Shown here piece after piece: positions 63,041-64,000 of a stretch of 64,000 nt of DNA. This DNA comes from Squalus acanthias (taxonomy: Eukaryota). Below the pieces are notes generated by a model that saw nothing but the letters and a program-made list of their open reading frames with translations, was not told where the DNA came from and ran no database searches. A program made the translations under genes and the position numbers. The stretch is from positions 104,286,001-104,350,000 of the forward strand of contig CM059432.1 of assembly GCA_030390025.1 (NCBI GenBank), in the 5' to 3' direction. Each line of letters opens with the position of its first letter. Position 1 is the first letter of the stretch.

Positions 63041-64000
63041 ATAAAAACAGAAAATGCTGGAGATACCCAGCAGGTCAGGCAGCATCTGTGAAGAGAGAAA
63101 CAGAGTTAACGTTTCAGGTCGATAACCTTTCGTCAGAACTGGAAAAAAAGCAGGAAATGGAACAGATTTTTAAGCAAGTGTCGGGGCTGGGAAAGGGGGG
63201 AAGGGATGAAAGAACAAAAGAGAAGGTCTGTGATAGGATAGAAGGCGGGAGAGGTTAAGAGACATTAAGAGATATTCAAGGCAAAAGGAGATGGTAATGG
63301 GACAGGTTAAGAAACAAAGGATGGCTCTAGATGAAGTGTAAATTGTGCTGGCAGAAATGAAAGACAGCTGCCATGTGGGAGAGAAGAGACACAAACAAAA
63401 GGTGTGGATAAAAAATATATATAGGATAGGGGCAGAGGTTATGATCTGAAATTGTTGAACTCTATGTTGAGTCCAGAAGGCTGTAAAGTGCCTAATCGAA
63501 AGATGAGGTGCTGTTCCTCGAGCTTACGCTGAGCTTCAGTGGAACAATGCAAGAGGCCGAGGACGGTGAGGTCTGAGTGGGAGTGGAGTGGAGTGGAGTG
63601 GAGAATTAAAGTGACAAGCGACCGGAAGCTCGGGGTCCCCCTTGCAGACTGAACGGAAGTGTTCTGCAAAGTGGTCACCCAATCTGCGTTTGGTCTCCCC
63701 AATGTAGAGGAGACCACACCGTGAGCAGCGAATACAGTATACTAAATTGCAAGAAGTACAAGTAAATCGCTGTTTCACCTGGAAGGGGTGTTTGGGGCCC
63801 TGGACAGTGGGAAGGGGGGAGGTATAAGGGCATGTGTTGCATCTCCTGCGCTTGCACGGGAAGGTGCCGGGCGAAGGGGAAGGCATGTTGGGGTTGATAG
63901 AGGAGTGGACCAGAGTGTCGTGGAGGGAGCAGTCCCTTCGGTGTGCTGAAAGGGGAGGTGAGGGGAAGATGTGTTTGGTGGTGGGATCACGCTGCAGGTG
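63041..64000 (-). mobile_element. Penelope-like element family B, 3' part (GIY-YIG endonuclease + 3' UTR), runs off the window
   Basis: GTFPCKRRRCNTC...NLVYCIRCSRCGLLYIGETKRRLGDHFAEH...EEQHLIFRLGTLQPSGLN; (GAGTG)n expansion at ~63575-63603. Confidence 0.92.
63104..63140 (-). ncRNA. Minimal hammerhead (family B), intact core
   Basis: - strand AGTT CTGACGA A AGGTT ATC GACCT GAAA CG TT AACT, in the 3' UTR of the GIY-YIG ORF. Confidence 0.8.

Overview
Vertebrate genomic DNA, almost certainly a cartilaginous fish (shark), inferred from HE1/V-SINE, SacSINE1-like DeuSINE, AmnSINE2-like and CR1 content. Most of the window is transposon-derived. It holds two divergently oriented host transcription units. 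(1) A + strand BEND5-family (BEN-domain) gene that I assembled from five phase-compatible coding exons (25708-25948, 38473-38612, 55124-55382, 60190-60482, 60578-60788; 381 codons). The last exon was not found in the window, and the protein looks divergent enough to be a BEND5 paralog. (2) A CpG-island promoter at about 12-13 kb with a probable non-coding first exon of an unidentified - strand gene. The most interesting signals are: two families of Penelope-like retroelements (PLE) scattering minimal, dimer-type hammerhead ribozymes, including an 89-bp hammerhead-only insertion with a 13-bp TSD just downstream of BEND5-like exon 2; a ~3-kb palindromic PLE with a 14-bp TSD in intron 1; a ~1-kb tandem duplication of the YY1-containing promoter that ends exactly at a Tx1 LINE 3' end; and a run of seven back-to-back hairpins at 21.4-21.7 kb. 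All family assignments come from visual reading and recalled sequences, not database searches. Repeat boundaries without a TSD are approximate.
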